Origin: Mobula hypostoma
Taxonomy: Eukaryota
Direction of reading: 5' to 3'
Assembly: GCF_963921235.1 (NCBI RefSeq)
Contig: NC_086107.1
Span: 116,996,001 to 117,060,000 of the forward strand
Length of the DNA stretch: 64,000 nucleotides
Part shown: in pieces, positions 37,001 through 52,000 of the stretch
Layout of the letters: the number at the start of each line of letters is the position of its first letter
Numbering within the stretch: position 1 is the stretch's first letter
The notes under the pieces: model-generated
What the model was told of the DNA's origin: nothing
The model's database searches: none
What the model saw: only the letters and a program-made list of their open reading frames with translations
Made by a program: the position numbers and the translations under genes

Positions 37001-40000
37001 CTGCCCTGAATCTCATGCCCTGAAACTCCTGCCCTGAATCTCATGCCCTGAAACTCCTGCCCTGAATCTCCTGCCCTGAAACTCATGCCCTGAATCTCAT
37101 GCCCTGAAACTCCTGCCCTGAAACTCATGCCCTGAATCTCATGCCCTGAATCTCCTGCCCTGAATCTCATGCCCTGAAACTCCTGCCCTGAATCTCATGC
37201 CCTGAAACTCCTGCCCTGAATCTCATGCCCTGAAACTCCTGCCCTGAATCTCCTGCCCTGAAACTCATGCCCTGAATCTCCTGCCCTGAAACTCATGCCC
37301 TGAATCTCATGCCCTGAAACTCCTGCCCTGAAACTCCTGCCCTGAAACTCATGCCCTGAATCTCATGCCCTGAAACTCATGCCCTGAATCTCATGCCCTG
37401 AAACTCCTGCCCTGAATCTCCTGCCCTGAATCTCATGCCCTGAAACTCCTGCCCTGAATCTCATGCCCTGAATCTCATGCCCTGAAACTCCTGCCCTGAA
37501 TCTCCTGCCCTGAATCTCCTGCCCTGAATCTCCTGCCCTGAAACTCATGCCCTGAATCTCATGCCCTGAAACTCCTGCCCTGAATCTCCTGCCCTGAAAC
37601 CACAGCCCTGAATCTCATGCCCTGAAACTCCTGTCCTGAATCTCCTGCCCTGAATCACATGCCCTGAATCTCATGCCCTGAAACTCCTGCCCTGAATCTC
37701 AAGCCCTGAAACTACTGCCCTGAATCTCATGCCCTGAAACTCCTGCCCTGAATCTCATGCCCTGAAACTCCTGTCCTGAAACTCCTGCCCTGAATCTCAA
37801 GCCCTGAATCTCATGCCCTGAAACTCCCTCCCTGTTCCTCAAGCCCTGAATCTCATGCACTGAATCTCATGCCCTGAATCTCATGCCCTGAAATCCCTGC
37901 TATGAAACTCATGCCCTGAATCTCATGTCCTGAATCTCCTGCCCTGAATCTCAAGCCCTGAAAATACTGCCCTGAATCTCATGCCCTGAAACTCATGCCC
38001 TGAATCTCATGCCCTGAAACTCCTGCACTGAATCTCCTGCCCTGAATCTCATGCCCTGAATCTCATGCCCTGAAACTCCTGCCCTGAATCTCAAGCCCTG
38101 AAACTACTGCCCTGAATCTCATGCCCTGAAACTCCTGCCCTGAATCTCATGCCCTGAAACTCCTGTCCTGAAACTCCTGCCCTGAATCTCAAATCTCATG
38201 CCCTGAATCTCATGCCCTGAAACTCCTGCCCTGTTCCTCAAGCCCTGAATCTCATGCTCTGAATCTCATGACCTGAAACTCCTGCACTGAATCTCCTGCC
38301 CTGAATCTCATGCCCTGAAACTCCTGCCCTGAATCTCATGCCTTGAAACTCCTGCTATGAAACTCATGCCCTGAATCTCATGTCCTGAATCTCCTGCCCT
38401 GAATCTCAAGCCCTGAAAATACTTCCCTGAATCTCATGCCCTGAAACTCATGCCCTGATTCTCATGCCCTGAATCTCCTGCACTGAATCTCAAGCCCTGA
38501 ATCTCATGCCCTGAATCTCATGCCCTGAAACTCCTGCCCTGAATCTCAAGCCCTGAAACTACTGCCCTGTATCTCATGCCCTGTAACTCCTGCCCTGAAT
38601 CTCAAGCCCTGAAACTACTGCCCTGAATCTCATGCCCTGAAACTCCTGCCCTGAAACTCATGCCCTGAAACTCATGTCCTGAATCTCATGCCCTGAAACT
38701 CCTGCCCTGAATCTCATGCCCTGAAACTACTGCCCTGAATCCCCTGCCCTGAATCTCATGCCCTGAAACTGCTGCCCTGAATCTCATGCCCTGAAACTCC
38801 TGCCCTGAATCTCAAGCCCTGAAACTACTGCCTTGAATCTCATGCCTTGAAACTCCTGCTCTGAAAGACCTGCCCTGAAAATCATGCCCTGAATCTCATG
38901 CCCTGAAACTCATGCCCTGAATCTCATGCCCTGAATCTCCTGCCCTGAATCTCCTGCCCTGAATCTCATGCCCTGAATCTCATGCCCTGAATCTCATGCC
39001 CTGAAACTCATGCCCTGAATCTCATGCCCTGAATCTCCTGCCCTGAATCTCATGCCCTGAAACTCATGCCCTGAATCTCATGCCCTGAAACTCATGCCCT
39101 GAATCTCCTGCCCTGAAACTCATGCCCTGAAACTCCTGCCCTGAAACTCATGCCCTGAAACTCATGCCCTGAATCTCATGCCCTGAATCTCCTGCCCTGA
39201 AACTCATGCCCTGAATCTCATGCCCTGAAACTCCTGCCCTGAATCTCATGCCCTGAAACTCCTGCCCTGAATCTCATGCCCTGAAACTCATGCCCTGAAT
39301 CTCCTGCCCTGAAACTCATGCCCTGAATCTCATGCCCTGAAACTCCTGCCCTGAATCTCCTGCCCTGAAACTCATGCCCTGAATCTCATGCCCTGAATCT
39401 CCTGCCCTGAATCTCATGCCCTGAAACTCCTGCCCTGAATCTCATGCCCTGAATCTCCTGCCCTGAATCTCATGCCCTGAATCTCATGCCCTGAATCTCA
39501 TGCCCTGAAACTCCTGCCCTGAATCTCATGCCCTGAAACTCATGCCCTGAATCTCATGCCCTGAAACTCATGCCCTGAATCTCCTGCCCTCAATCTCATG
39601 CCCTGAATCTCAAGCCCTGAAACTCCTGCCCTGAAACTCCTGGTCTGAAACTGATGCCCTGAATCTCCTGCCCTGAAACTCATGCCCTGAATCTCATGCC
39701 CTGAAACTCCTGCCCTGAATCTCCTGCCCTGAATCTCATGCCCTGAAACTCCTGCCCTGAATCTCATGCCCTGAATCTCATGCCCTGAAACTCCTGCCCT
39801 GAATCTCATGCCCTGAATCTCCTGCCCTGAAACTCATGCCCTGAATCTCATGCCCTGAATCTCATGCCCTGAAACTCATGCCCTGAATCTCATGCCCTGA
39901 AACTCCTGCCCTGAATCTCCTGCCCTGAATCTCATGCCCTGAATCTCATGCCCTGAAACTCCTGCCCTGAATCTCAAGCCCTGAAACTACTGCCCTGAAT

Positions 40001-43000
40001 CTCATGCCCTGAAACTCCTGCCCTGAATCTCATGCCCTGAAACTACTGCCCTGAATCTCATGCCCTGAAACTCCTGCCCTGAAACTCATGCCCTGAAACC
40101 ACTGCCCTGAATCTCATGCCCTGAAACTCCTGCCCTGAATCTCATGCCCTGAAACTCCTGCCCTGAATCTCCTGCCCTGAATCTCATACCCTGAATCTCA
40201 TGCCCTGAATCTCATGCCCTGAAACTACTGCCCTGAATCTCAAGCCCTGAAACTACTGCCCTGAATCTCATGCCCTGAAACTCCTGCCCTGAAAGACCTG
40301 CCCTGAAAATCATGCCCTGAATCTCCTGCCCTGAAACTCATGCCCTGAATCTCCTGCCCTGAAACTCATGCCCTGAATCTCATGCCCTGAAACTCATGCC
40401 CTGAATCTCATGCCCTGAAACTCCTGTCCTGAAACTCCTGCCCTGAATCTCATGCCCTGAAACTCCTGCCCTGAAACTCATGCCCTGAATCTCATGCGCT
40501 GAAACTCCTGCCCTGAATCTCATGCCCTGAAACCACAGCCCTGAATCTCATGCCCTGAAACTCCTGTCCTGAATCTCCTGCCCTGAATCTCATGCCCTGA
40601 ATCTCATGCCCTGAAACTCCTGCCCTGAATCTCATGCCCTGAAACTCCTGTCCTGAAACTCCTGCCCTGAATCTCAAGCCCTGAATCTCATGCCCTGAAA
40701 CTCCTGCCCTGAATCTCATGCCCTGAAACTCCTGCCCTGAATCTCATGCCCTGAATCTCATGCCCTGAAACTCATGCCCTGAATCTCATGCCCTGAAACT
40801 CCTGCCCTGAATCTCCTGCCCTGAATCTCATGCCCTGAATCTCATGCCCTGAAACTCCTGCCCTGAATCTCAAGCCCTGAAACTACTGCCCTGAATCTCA
40901 TGCCCTGAAACTCCTGCCCTGAATCTCATGCCCTGAAACTACTGCCCTGAATCTCATGCCCTGAAACTCCTGCCCTGAAACTCATGCCCTGAAACCACTG
41001 CCCTGAATCTCATGCCCTGAAACTCATGCCCTGAATCTCATGCCCTGAAACTCCTGCCCTGAATCTCCTGCCCTGAATCTCATGCCCTGAAACTCCTGCC
41101 CTGAATCTCATGCCCTGAAACTCCTGCCCTGAATCTCAAGCCCTGAAACTACTGCCCTGAATCTCATGCCCTGAAACTCCTGCCCTGAAAGACCTGCCCT
41201 GAAAATCATGCCCTGAATCTCCTGCCCTGAAACTCATGCCCTGAATCTCATGCCCTGAATCTCCTGCCCTGAAACTCATGCCCTGAATCTCATGCCCTGA
41301 AACTCATGCCCTGAATCTCATGCCCTGAAACTCCTGTCCTGAAACTCCTGCCCTGAATCTCATGCCTTGAAACTCCTGCTCTGAAACTCATGCCCTGAAT
41401 CTCATGCCCTGAAACTCCTGCCCTGAATCTCCTGCCCTGAAACCACAGCCCTGAATCTCATGCCCTGAAACTCCTGCCCTGAATCTCCTGCCCTGAATCT
41501 CATGCCCTGAATCTCATGCCCTGAAACTCCTGCCCTGAATCTCATGCCCTGAAATTCCTGTCCTGAAACTCCTGCCTTGATTCTCAAGCCCTGAATCTCA
41601 TGCCCTGAAACTCCTGCCCTGTTCCTCAAGCCCTGAATCTCATGCTCTGAATCTCATGCCCTGAATCTCATGCCCTGAATCTCCTGCCCTGAAACTACTG
41701 CCCTGAATCTCATGCCTTGAAACTCCTGCTATGAAACTCATGCCCTGAATCTCATGTCCTGAATCTCCTGCCCTGAAACTCATGCCCTGAATCTCATGCC
41801 CTGAAACTGCTGCCCTGAATCTCATGCCTTGAAACTCCTGCTATGAAACTCATGTCCTGAATCTCATGTCCTGAATCTCCTGCCCTGAATCTCAAGCCCT
41901 GAATCTCATGCCCTGAATCTCATGCCCTGAATCTCCTGCCCTGAAACTCCTGCACTGAAACTCCTGCCCTGATTCTCCTGCCCTGAAACTCATGCCCTGA
42001 ATCTCATGCCCTGAAATTCATGCCCTGAATCTCCTGCCCTGAAACTCCTGCCCTGAAACTCATGCCCTGAAACTCATGCCCTGAATCTCATGCCCTGAAT
42101 CTCCTGCCCTGAATCTCATGCCCTGAATCTCATGCCCTGAATCTCATGCCCTGAAACTCATGCCCTGAATCTCATGCCCTGAAACTCCTGCCCTGAAACT
42201 CATGCCCTGAATCTCATGCCCTGAAACTCCTGCCCTGAATCTCCTGCCCTGAAACTCCTGCCCTGAAACTCATGCCCTGAATCTCATGCCCTGAAACTCA
42301 TGCCCTGAATCTCATGCCCTGAAACTCCTGCACTGAATCTCCTGCCCTGAATCTCATGCCCTGAAAGTCCTGCACTGAATCTCATGCCCTGAATCTCATG
42401 CCCTGAAACTCCTGCACTGAATCTCCTGCCCTGAATCTCCTGCCCTGAATCTCCTGCCCTGAATCTCCTGCCCTGAAACTCATGCCCTGAATCTCATGCC
42501 CTGAAACTCCTGCCCTGAATCTCCTGCCCTGAAACCACAGCCCTGAATCTCATGCCCTGAAACTCCTGTCCTGAATCTCCTGCCCTGAATCTCATGCCCT
42601 GAATCTCATGCCCTGAATCTCAAGCCCTGAAACTACTGCCCTGAATCTCATGCCCTGAAACTCCTGCCCTGAATCTCATGCCCTGAAACTCCTGTTCTGA
42701 AACTCCTGCCCTGAATCTCAAGCCCTGAAACTCATGCCCTGAAACTCCCTCCCTGTTCCTCAAGCCCTGAATCTCATGCTCTGAATCTCATGCCCTGAAA
42801 CTCCTGCACTGAATCTCCTGCCCTGAATCTCATGCCCTGAAACTACTGCCCTGAATCTCATGCCTTGAAACTCCTGCTATGAAACTGATGCCCTGAATCT
42901 CATGTCCTGAATCTCCTGCCTTGAATCTCAAGCCCTGAAAATACTGCCCTGAATCTCATGCCCTGAAACTCATGCCCTGAATCTCATGCCCTGAAACTCC

Positions 43001-46000
43001 TGCCCTGAATCTCCTGCCCTGAATCTCATGCCCTGAATCTCATGCCCTGAAACTCCTGCCCTGAATCTCAAGCCCTGAAACTACTGCCCTGAATCTCATG
43101 CCCTGAAACTCCTGCCCTGAATCTCATGCCCTGAAACTCCTGTTCTGAAACTCCTGCCCTGAATCTCAAGCCCTGAATCTCATGCCCTGAAACTCCTGCC
43201 CTGTTCCTCAAGCCCTGAATCTCATGCTCTGAATCTCATGCCCTGAAACTCCTGCCCTGAATCTCCTGCCCTGAATCTCATGCCCTGAAACTACTGCCCT
43301 GAATCTCATGCCTTGAAACTCCTGCTATGAAACTCATGCCCTGAATCTCATGTCCTGAATCTCCTGCCCTGAATCTCAAGCCCTGAAAATACTGCCCTGA
43401 ATCTCATGCCCTGAAACTCATGCCCTGAATCTCATGCCCTGAAACTCCTGCACTGAATCTCCTGCCCTGAATCTCATGCCCTGAATCTCATGCCCTGAAA
43501 CTCCTGCCCTGAATCTCAAGCCCTGAAACTACTGCCCTGAATCTCATGCCCTGTAACTCCTGCCCTGAATCTCAAGCCCTGAAACTACTGCCCTGAATCT
43601 CATGCCCTGAAACTCCTGCCCTGAAACTCCTGCCCTGAAACTCAAGCCCTGAATCTCATGACCTGAAAATCCTGCCCTGAATCTCAAGCCCTGAAACTAC
43701 TGCCCTGAATCCCCTGCCCTGAATCTCATGCCCTGAAACTGCTCCCTTGAATCTCATGCCCTGAAACTACTGCCCTGAATCTCAAGCCCTGAAACTACTG
43801 CCCTGAATCTCATGCCTTGAAACTCCTGCCCTGAAAGACCTGCCCTGAAAATCATGCCCTGAATCTCCTGCCCTGAAACTCATGCCCTGAATCTCATGCC
43901 CTGAATCTCCTGCCCTGAAACTCCTGCCCTGAATCTCATGCCCTGAATCTCATGCCCTGAATCTCATGCCCTGAAACTCATGCCCTGAATCTCATGCCCT
44001 GAAACTCCTGCCCTGAATCTCATGCCCTGAAACTCATGCCCTGAATCTCATGCCCTGAAACTCATGCCCTGAATCTCCTGCCCTGAAACTCATGCCCTGA
44101 AACTCCTGCCCTGAAACTCATGCCTTGAAACTCATGCCCCGAATCTCATGCCCTGAATCTCCTGCCGTGAAACTCATGCCCTGAATCTCATGCCCTGAAA
44201 CTCCTGCCCTGAATCTCATGCCCTGAAACTCATGCCCTGAATCTCATGCCCTGAAACTCATGCCCTGAATCTCCTGCCCTGAAACTCATGCCCTGAATCT
44301 CATGCCCTGAAACTCCTGTCCTGAATCTCCTGCCCTGAAACTCATGCCCTGAATCTCATGCCCTGAATCTCCTGCCCTGAAACTCCTGCCCTGAAACTCA
44401 TGCCCTGAATCTCATGCCCTGAATCTCCTGCCCTGAATCTCATGCCCTGAATCTCCTGCCCTGAATCTCATGCCCTGAAACTCCTGCCCTGAATCTCATG
44501 CCCTGAAACTCCTGCCCTGAATCTCATGCCCTGAAACTCATGCCCTGAATCTCCTGCCCTCAATCTCATGCCCTGAATCTCAAGCCCTGAAACTCCTGCC
44601 CTGAAACTCCTGCCCTGAAACTCATGCCCTGAATCTCCTGCCCTGAAACTCATGCCCTGAATCTCATGCCCTGAAACTCCTGCCCTGAATCTCCTGCCCT
44701 GAATCTCATGCCCTGAAACTCCTGCCCTGAATCTCATGCCCTGAATCTCCTGCCCTGAAACTCATGCCCTGAATCTCATGCCCTGAAACTCCTGCCCTGA
44801 ATCTCCTGCCCTGAAACCACATGCCCTGAATCTCATGCCCTGAAACTCCTGTCCTGAATCTCCTGCCCTGAATCACATGCCCTGAATCTCATGCCCTGAA
44901 ACTCCTGCCCTGAATCTCAAGCCCTGAAACTACTGCCCTGAATCTCATGCCCTGAAACTCCTGCCCTGAATCTCATGCCCTGAAACTCCTGTCCTGAAAC
45001 TCCTGCCCTGAATCTCATGCCCTGAATTTCATGCCCTGAAACTCCCTCCCTGTTCCTCAAGCCCTGAATCTCATGCTCTGAATCTCATGTCCTGAAACTC
45101 CTGCACTGAATCTCCTGCCCTGAATCTCATGCCCTGAAACTCCTGCCCTGAATCTCATGCCCTGAAACTCCTGCCCTGAATCTCCTGCCCTGAATCTCAT
45201 GCCCTGAAACTACTGCCCTGAATCTCATGCCCTGAAACTCCTGCCCTGAAACTCATGCCCTGAATCTCATGTCCTGAATCTCCTGCTTTGAATCTCATGC
45301 CCTGAAACTGCTGCCTTGAATCTCATGCCCTGAAACTACTGCTCTGAATCTCAAGCCCTGAAACTACTGCCCTGAATCTCATGCCCTGAAACTCCTGCTC
45401 TGAAAGACCTGCCCTGAAAATCATGCCCTGAATCTCCTGCCCTGAAACTCATGCCCTGAATCTCATGCCCTGAATCTCCAGCCCTGAAACTCATGCCCTG
45501 AATCTCATGCCTTGAAACTCCTGTCCAGAAACTCCTGCCCTGAATCTCATGCCCTGAAACTCCTGCTCTGAAACTCATGCCCTGAATCTCATGCCCTGAA
45601 ACTCCTGCACTGAATCTTCTGCCCTGAAACCACAGCGCTGAATCTCATGCCCTGAAACTCCTGTCCTGAATCACATGCCCTGAATCTCATGCCCTGAAAC
45701 TCCTGCCCTGAATCTCATGCCCTGAAATTCCTGTCCTGAAACTCCTGCCTTGATTCTCAAGCCCTGAATCTCATGCCCTGAAACTCCTGCCCTGTTCCTC
45801 AAGCCCTGAATCTCATGCTCTGAATCTCATGCCCTGAATCTCATGCCCTGAATCTCATGCCCTGAAACTCCTGCCCTGAATCTCATGCCCTGAAACTCCT
45901 GCTATGAAACTCATGCCCTGAATCTCATGTCCTGAATCCCCTGCCCTGAAACTCATGCCCTGAATCCCATGCCCTGAAACTGCTGCCCTGAATCTCATGC

Positions 46001-49000
46001 CTTGAAACTCCTGCTATGAAACTCATGCCCTGAATCTCATGTCCTGAATCTCCTGCCCTGAATCTCAAGCCCTGAATCTCATGCCCTGAATCTCATGCCC
46101 TGAATCTCCTGCCCTGAAACTCCTGCTCTGAAACTCCTGCCCTGATTCTCCTGCCCTGAAACTCATGCCCTGAATCTCATGCCCTGAAATTCATGCCCTG
46201 AATCTCCTGCTCTGAAACTCCTGCCCTGAAACTCATGCCCTGAAACTCATGCCCTGAATCTCATGCCATGAAACTCATGCCCTGAATCTCATGCCCTGAA
46301 ACTCATGCCCTGAATCTCATACCCTGAAACTCCTGTCCTGAAACTCATGCCCTGAATCTCATGCCCTGAAACTCCTGTCCTGAATCTCCTGCCCTGAAAC
46401 TCCTGCTCTGAAACTCATGCCCTGAATCTCATGCCCTGAAATTCCTGCCCTGAATCTCATGCCCTGAAACTCATGCCCTGAATCTCATGCCCTGAAACTC
46501 CTGCCCTGAATCTCATGCCCTGAAACTACTGCCCTGAATCTCATGCCCTGAAACTCCTGCCCTGAAACTCCTGCCCTGAATCTCATGCCCTGAATCTCCT
46601 GCCCTGAAACTCATGCCCTGAATCTCATGCCCTGAATCTCCTGTCCTGAATCTCCTGCCCTGAATCTCATGCCCTGAATCTCATGCCCTGAATCTCATGC
46701 CCTGAAACTCATGCCCTGAATCTCATGCCCTGAAACTCCTGCCCTGAATCTCATGCCCTGAAACTCCTGCCCTGAATCTCATGCCCTGAAACTCATGCCC
46801 TGAATCTCCTGCCCTGAATCTCATGCCCTGAAACTCCTGCCCTGAATCTCATGCCCTGAAACTCATGCCCTGAATCTCATGCCCTGAATCTCCTGCCCTG
46901 AAACTCATGCCCTGAATCTCATGCCCTGAAACTCCTGCCCTGAATCTCATGCCCTGAAACTCATGCCCTGAATCTCATGCCCTGAAACTCATGCCCTGAA
47001 TCTCCTGCCCTGAAACTCATGCCCTGAATCTCATGCCCTGAAACTCCTGTCCTGAATCTCCTGCCCTGAAACTCATGCCCTGAATCTCATGCCCTGAAAC
47101 TCCTGCCCTGAAACTCATGCCCTGAAACTCCTGCCCTGAATCTCATGCCCTGAATCTCCTGCCCTGAATCTCATGCCCTGAATCTCCTGCCCTGAATCTC
47201 ATGCCCTGAAACTCCTGCCCTGAATCTCATGCCCTGAAACTCCTGCCCTGAATCTCATGCCCTGAAACTCCTGCCCTGAAACTCATGCCCTGAATCTCAT
47301 GCCCTGAATCTCCTGCCCTGAATCTCATGCCCTGAAACCACAGCCCTGAATCTCATGCCCTGAAACTCCTGTCCTGAATCTCCTGCCCTGAATCACATGC
47401 CCTGAATCTTCTGCCCTGAAACTCCTGCCCTGAATCTTAAGCCCTGAAACTACTGCCCTGAATCTCATGCCCTGAAACTCCTGCCCTGAATCTCATGCCC
47501 TGAAACTCCTGTCCTGAAACTGCTGCCCTGAATCTCAAGCCCTGAATCTCATGCCCTGAAACTCCCTCCCTGTTCCTCAAGCCCTGAATCTCATGCTCTG
47601 AATCTCATGCCCTGAAACTCCTGCACTGAATCTCCTGCCCTGAATCTCATGCCCTGAAACTCCTGCACTGAATCTCCTGCCCTGAATCTCATGCCTTGAA
47701 ACTCCTGCTATGAAACTCATGCCCTGAATCTCATGTCCTGAATCTCCTGCCCTGAATCTCAAGCCCTGAAAATACTGCCCTGAATCTCATGCCCTGAAAC
47801 TCATGCCCTGAATCTCATGCCCTGAAACTCCTGCCCTGAATCTCCTGCCCTGAATCTCATGCCCTGAATCTCATGCCCTGAAACTCCTGCCCTGAATCTC
47901 AAGCCCTGAAACTACTGCCCTGAATCTCATGCCCTGAAACTCCTGCCCTGAATCTCATGCCCTGAAACTCCTGTCCTGAATCTCCTGCCCTGAATCTCAT
48001 GCCCTGAAACTCATGCCCTGAAACTCCTGCCCTGAATCTCAAGCCCTGAATCTCATGCTCTGAATCTCATGCCCTGAAACTCCTGCACTGAATCTCCTGC
48101 CCTGAATCTCATGCCCTGAAACTACTGCCCTGAATCTCATGCCCTGAAACTCCTGCTATGAAACTCATGCCCTGAATCTCATGTCCTGAATCTCCTGCCC
48201 TGAATCTCAAGCCCTGAAAATACTGCCCTGAATCTCATGCCCTGAAACTCATGCCCTGAATCTCATGCCCTGAAACTCCTGCCCTGAATCTCCTGCCCTG
48301 AATCTCATGCCCTGAATCTCATGCCCTGAAACTCCTGCCCTGAATCTCAAGCCCTGAAACTACTGCCCTGAATCTCATGCCCTGAAACTCCTGCCCTGAA
48401 TCTCATGCCCTGAAACTACTGCCCTGAATCTCATGCCCTGAAACTCCTGCCCTGAAACTCATGCCCTGAAACTCCTGCCCTGAATCTCATGCCCTGAAAC
48501 TCATGCCCTGAATCTCATGCCCTGAAACTCCTGCCCTGAATCTCATGCCCTGAAACTACTGCCCTGAATCTCATGCCCTGAAACTCCTGCCCTGAATCTC
48601 CTGCCCTGAATCTCATGCCCTGAATCTCCTGCCCTGAAACTCATGCCCTGAATCTCATGCCCTGAATCTCATGCCCTGAATCTCCTGCCCTGAAACTCAT
48701 GCCCTGAATCTCATGCCCTGAAACTCCTGTCCTGAATCTCCTGCCCTGAATCACATGCCCTGAATCTTCTGCCCTGAAACTCCTGCCCTGAATCTTAAGC
48801 CCTGAAACTACTGCCCTGAATCTCATGCCCTGAAACTCCTGCCCTGAATCTCATGCCCTGAAACTCCTGTCCTGAAACTGCTGCCCTGAATCTCAAGCCC
48901 TGAATCTCATGCCCTGAAACTCCTGCCCTGTTCCTCAAGCCCTGAATCTCATGCCCTGAATCTCATGCCCTGAAACTCCTGTCCTGAATCTCCTGCCCTG

Positions 49001-52000
49001 AATCTCAAGCCCTGAAACTCTGCCCTGAATCTCATGCCCTGAAACTCCTGCTATGAAACTCATGCCCTGAATCTCATGTCCTGAATCTCCTGCCCTGAAT
49101 CTCAAGCCCTGAAAATACTGCCCTGAATCTCATGCCCTGAAACTCATGCCCTGAATCTCATGCCCTGAAACTCCTGCACTGAATCTCCTGCCCTGAATCT
49201 CATGCCCTGAATCTCATGCCCTGAAACTCCTGCCCTGAATCTCAAGCCCTGAAACTACTGCCCTGAATCTCATGCCCTGAAACTCCTGCCCTGAATCTCA
49301 TGCCCTGAAACTCCTGTCCTGAAACTGCTGCCCTGAATCTCAAGCCCTGAATCTCATGCCCTGAATCTCATGCCCTGAAACTCCTGCCCTGTTCCTCAAG
49401 CCCTGAATCTCATGCTCTGAATCTCATGCCCTGAAACTCCTGCACTGAATCTCCTGCCCTGAATCTCATGCCCTGAAACTACTGCCCTGAATCTCATGCC
49501 TTGAAACTCCTGCTATGAAACTCATGCCCTGAATCTCATGTCCTGAATCTCCTGCCCTGAATCTCAAGCACTGAAAATACTGCCCTGAATCTCATGCCCT
49601 GAAACTCATGCCCTGAATCTCATGCCCTGAAACTCCTGCACTGAATCTCCTGCCCTGAATCTCATGCCCTGAATCTCATGCCCTGAAACTCCTGCCCTGA
49701 ATCTCAAGCCCTGAAACTACTGCCCTGAATCTCATGCCCTGAAACTCCTGCCCTGAATCTCATGCCCTGAAACTACTGCCCTGAATCTCATGCCCTGAAA
49801 CTCCTGCCCTGAATCTCATGCCCTGAAACCACTGCCCTGAATCTCATGCCCTGAAACTCCTGCCCTGAATCTCATGCCCTGAAACTACTGCCCTGAATCT
49901 CCTGCCCTGAATCTCATGCCCTGAAACTCCTGCCCTGAATCTCATGCCCTGAAACTACTGCCCTGAATCTCAAGCCCTGAAACTACTGCCCTGAATCTCA
50001 TGCCCTGAAACTCCTGCCCTGAAAGACCTGCCCTGAAAATCATGCCCTGAATCTCCTGCCCTGAAACTCATGCCCTGAATCTCATGCCCTGAATCTCCTG
50101 CCCTGAATCTCCTGCCCTGAATCTCATGCCCTGAATCTCATGCCCTGAATCTCATGCCCTGAAACTCCTGCCCTGAATCTCATGCCCTGAAACTCATGCC
50201 CTGAATCTCATGCCCTGAAACTCATGCCCTGAATCTCCTGCCCTGAAACTCCTGCCCTGAATCTCATGCCCTGAAACTCCTGCCCTGAAACTCAAGCCCT
50301 GAATCTCATGCCCTGAATCTCATGCCCTGAAACTCCTGCCCTGTTCCTCAAGCCCTGAATCTCATGCCCTGAATCTCATGACCTGAAACTCCTGCACTGA
50401 ATCTCCTGCCCTGAATCTCATGCCCTGAAACTCCTGCCCTGAATCTCATGCCCTGAAACTCCTGCCCTGAATCTCCTGCCCTGAATCTCATGCCCTGAAA
50501 CTACTGCCCTGAATCTCATGCCCTGAAACTCCTGCCCTGAAACTCATGCCCTGAATCTCATGCCCTGAATCTCCTGCCCTGAATCTCATGCCCTGAAACT
50601 CATGCCCTGAATCTCATGCCCTGAATCTCCTGCCCTGAATCTCAAGCCCTGAAACTACTGCCCTGAATCTCATGCCTTGAAACTCCGGCCCTGAATCTCC
50701 TGCCCTGAAACTCATGCCCTGAATCTCCTGCCCAGAAACTAATGCCCTGAATCTCATGCCCTGAATCTCCAGCCCTGAATCTCATGCCCTGAATCTCCTG
50801 CCCTGAAACTCCTGTCCTGAAACTCCTGCCCTGAATCTCATGCCCTGAAACTCCTGCCCTGAAACTCATGCCCTGAATCTCATGCCCTGAAACTCCTGCC
50901 CTGAATCTCCTGCCCTGAAACCACAGCCCTGAATCTCATGCCCTGAAACTCCTGCCCTGAATCTCATGCCCTGAATCTCATGCCCTGAAACTCCTGCCCT
51001 GAATCTCATGCCCTGAAATTCCTGTCCTGAAACTCCTGCCTTGATTCTCAAGCCCTGAATCTCATGCCCTGAAACTCCTGCCCTGTTCTTCAAGCCCTGA
51101 ATCTCATGCTCTGAATCTCATGCCCTGAATCTCATGCCCTGAATCTCCTGCCCTGAAACTCCTGCCCTGAATCTCATGCCCTGAAACTCCTGCTATGAAA
51201 CTCATGCCCTGAATCTCATGTCCTGAATCTCCTGCCCTGAATCTCATGCCCTGAATCTCATGCCCTGAAACTGCTGCCCTGAATCTCATGCCTTGAAACT
51301 CCTGCTATGAAACTCATGTCCTGAATCTCATGTCCTGAATCTCCTGCCCTGAATCTCAAGCCCTGAATCTCATGCCCTGAATCTCATGCCCTGAATCTCC
51401 TGCCCTGAAACTCCTGCACTGAAACTCCTGCCCTGATTCTCCTGCATTGAAACTCATGCCCAGAATCTCATGCCCTGAAATTCATGCCCTGAATCTCCTG
51501 CCCTGAAACTCCTGCCCTGAAACTCATGCCCTGAATCTCATGCCCTGAATCTCATGCCCTGAATCTCCTGCCCTGAATCTCATGCCCTGAATCTCATGCC
51601 CTGAAACTCATGCCCTGAATCTCATACCTTGAAACTCCTGTCCTGAAACTCATGCCCTGAATCTCATGCCCTGAAACTCCTGTCCTGAATCTCCTGCCCT
51701 GAAACTCCTGCTCTGAAACTCATGCCCTGAATCTCATGCCCTGAAACTCCTGCCCTGAATCTCATGCCCTGAAACTCATGCCCTGAATCTCATGCCCTGA
51801 AACTCCTGCCCTGAATCTCAAGCCCTGAAACTACTGCCCTGAATCTCATGCCCTGAAACTCCTGCCCTGAATCTCCTGCCCTGAATCTCATGCCCTGAAT
51901 CTCCTGCCCTGAAACTCATGCCCTGAATCTCATGCCCTGAAACTCCTGTCCTGAATCTCCTGCCCTGAATCTCATGCCCTGAATCTCATGCCCTGAATCT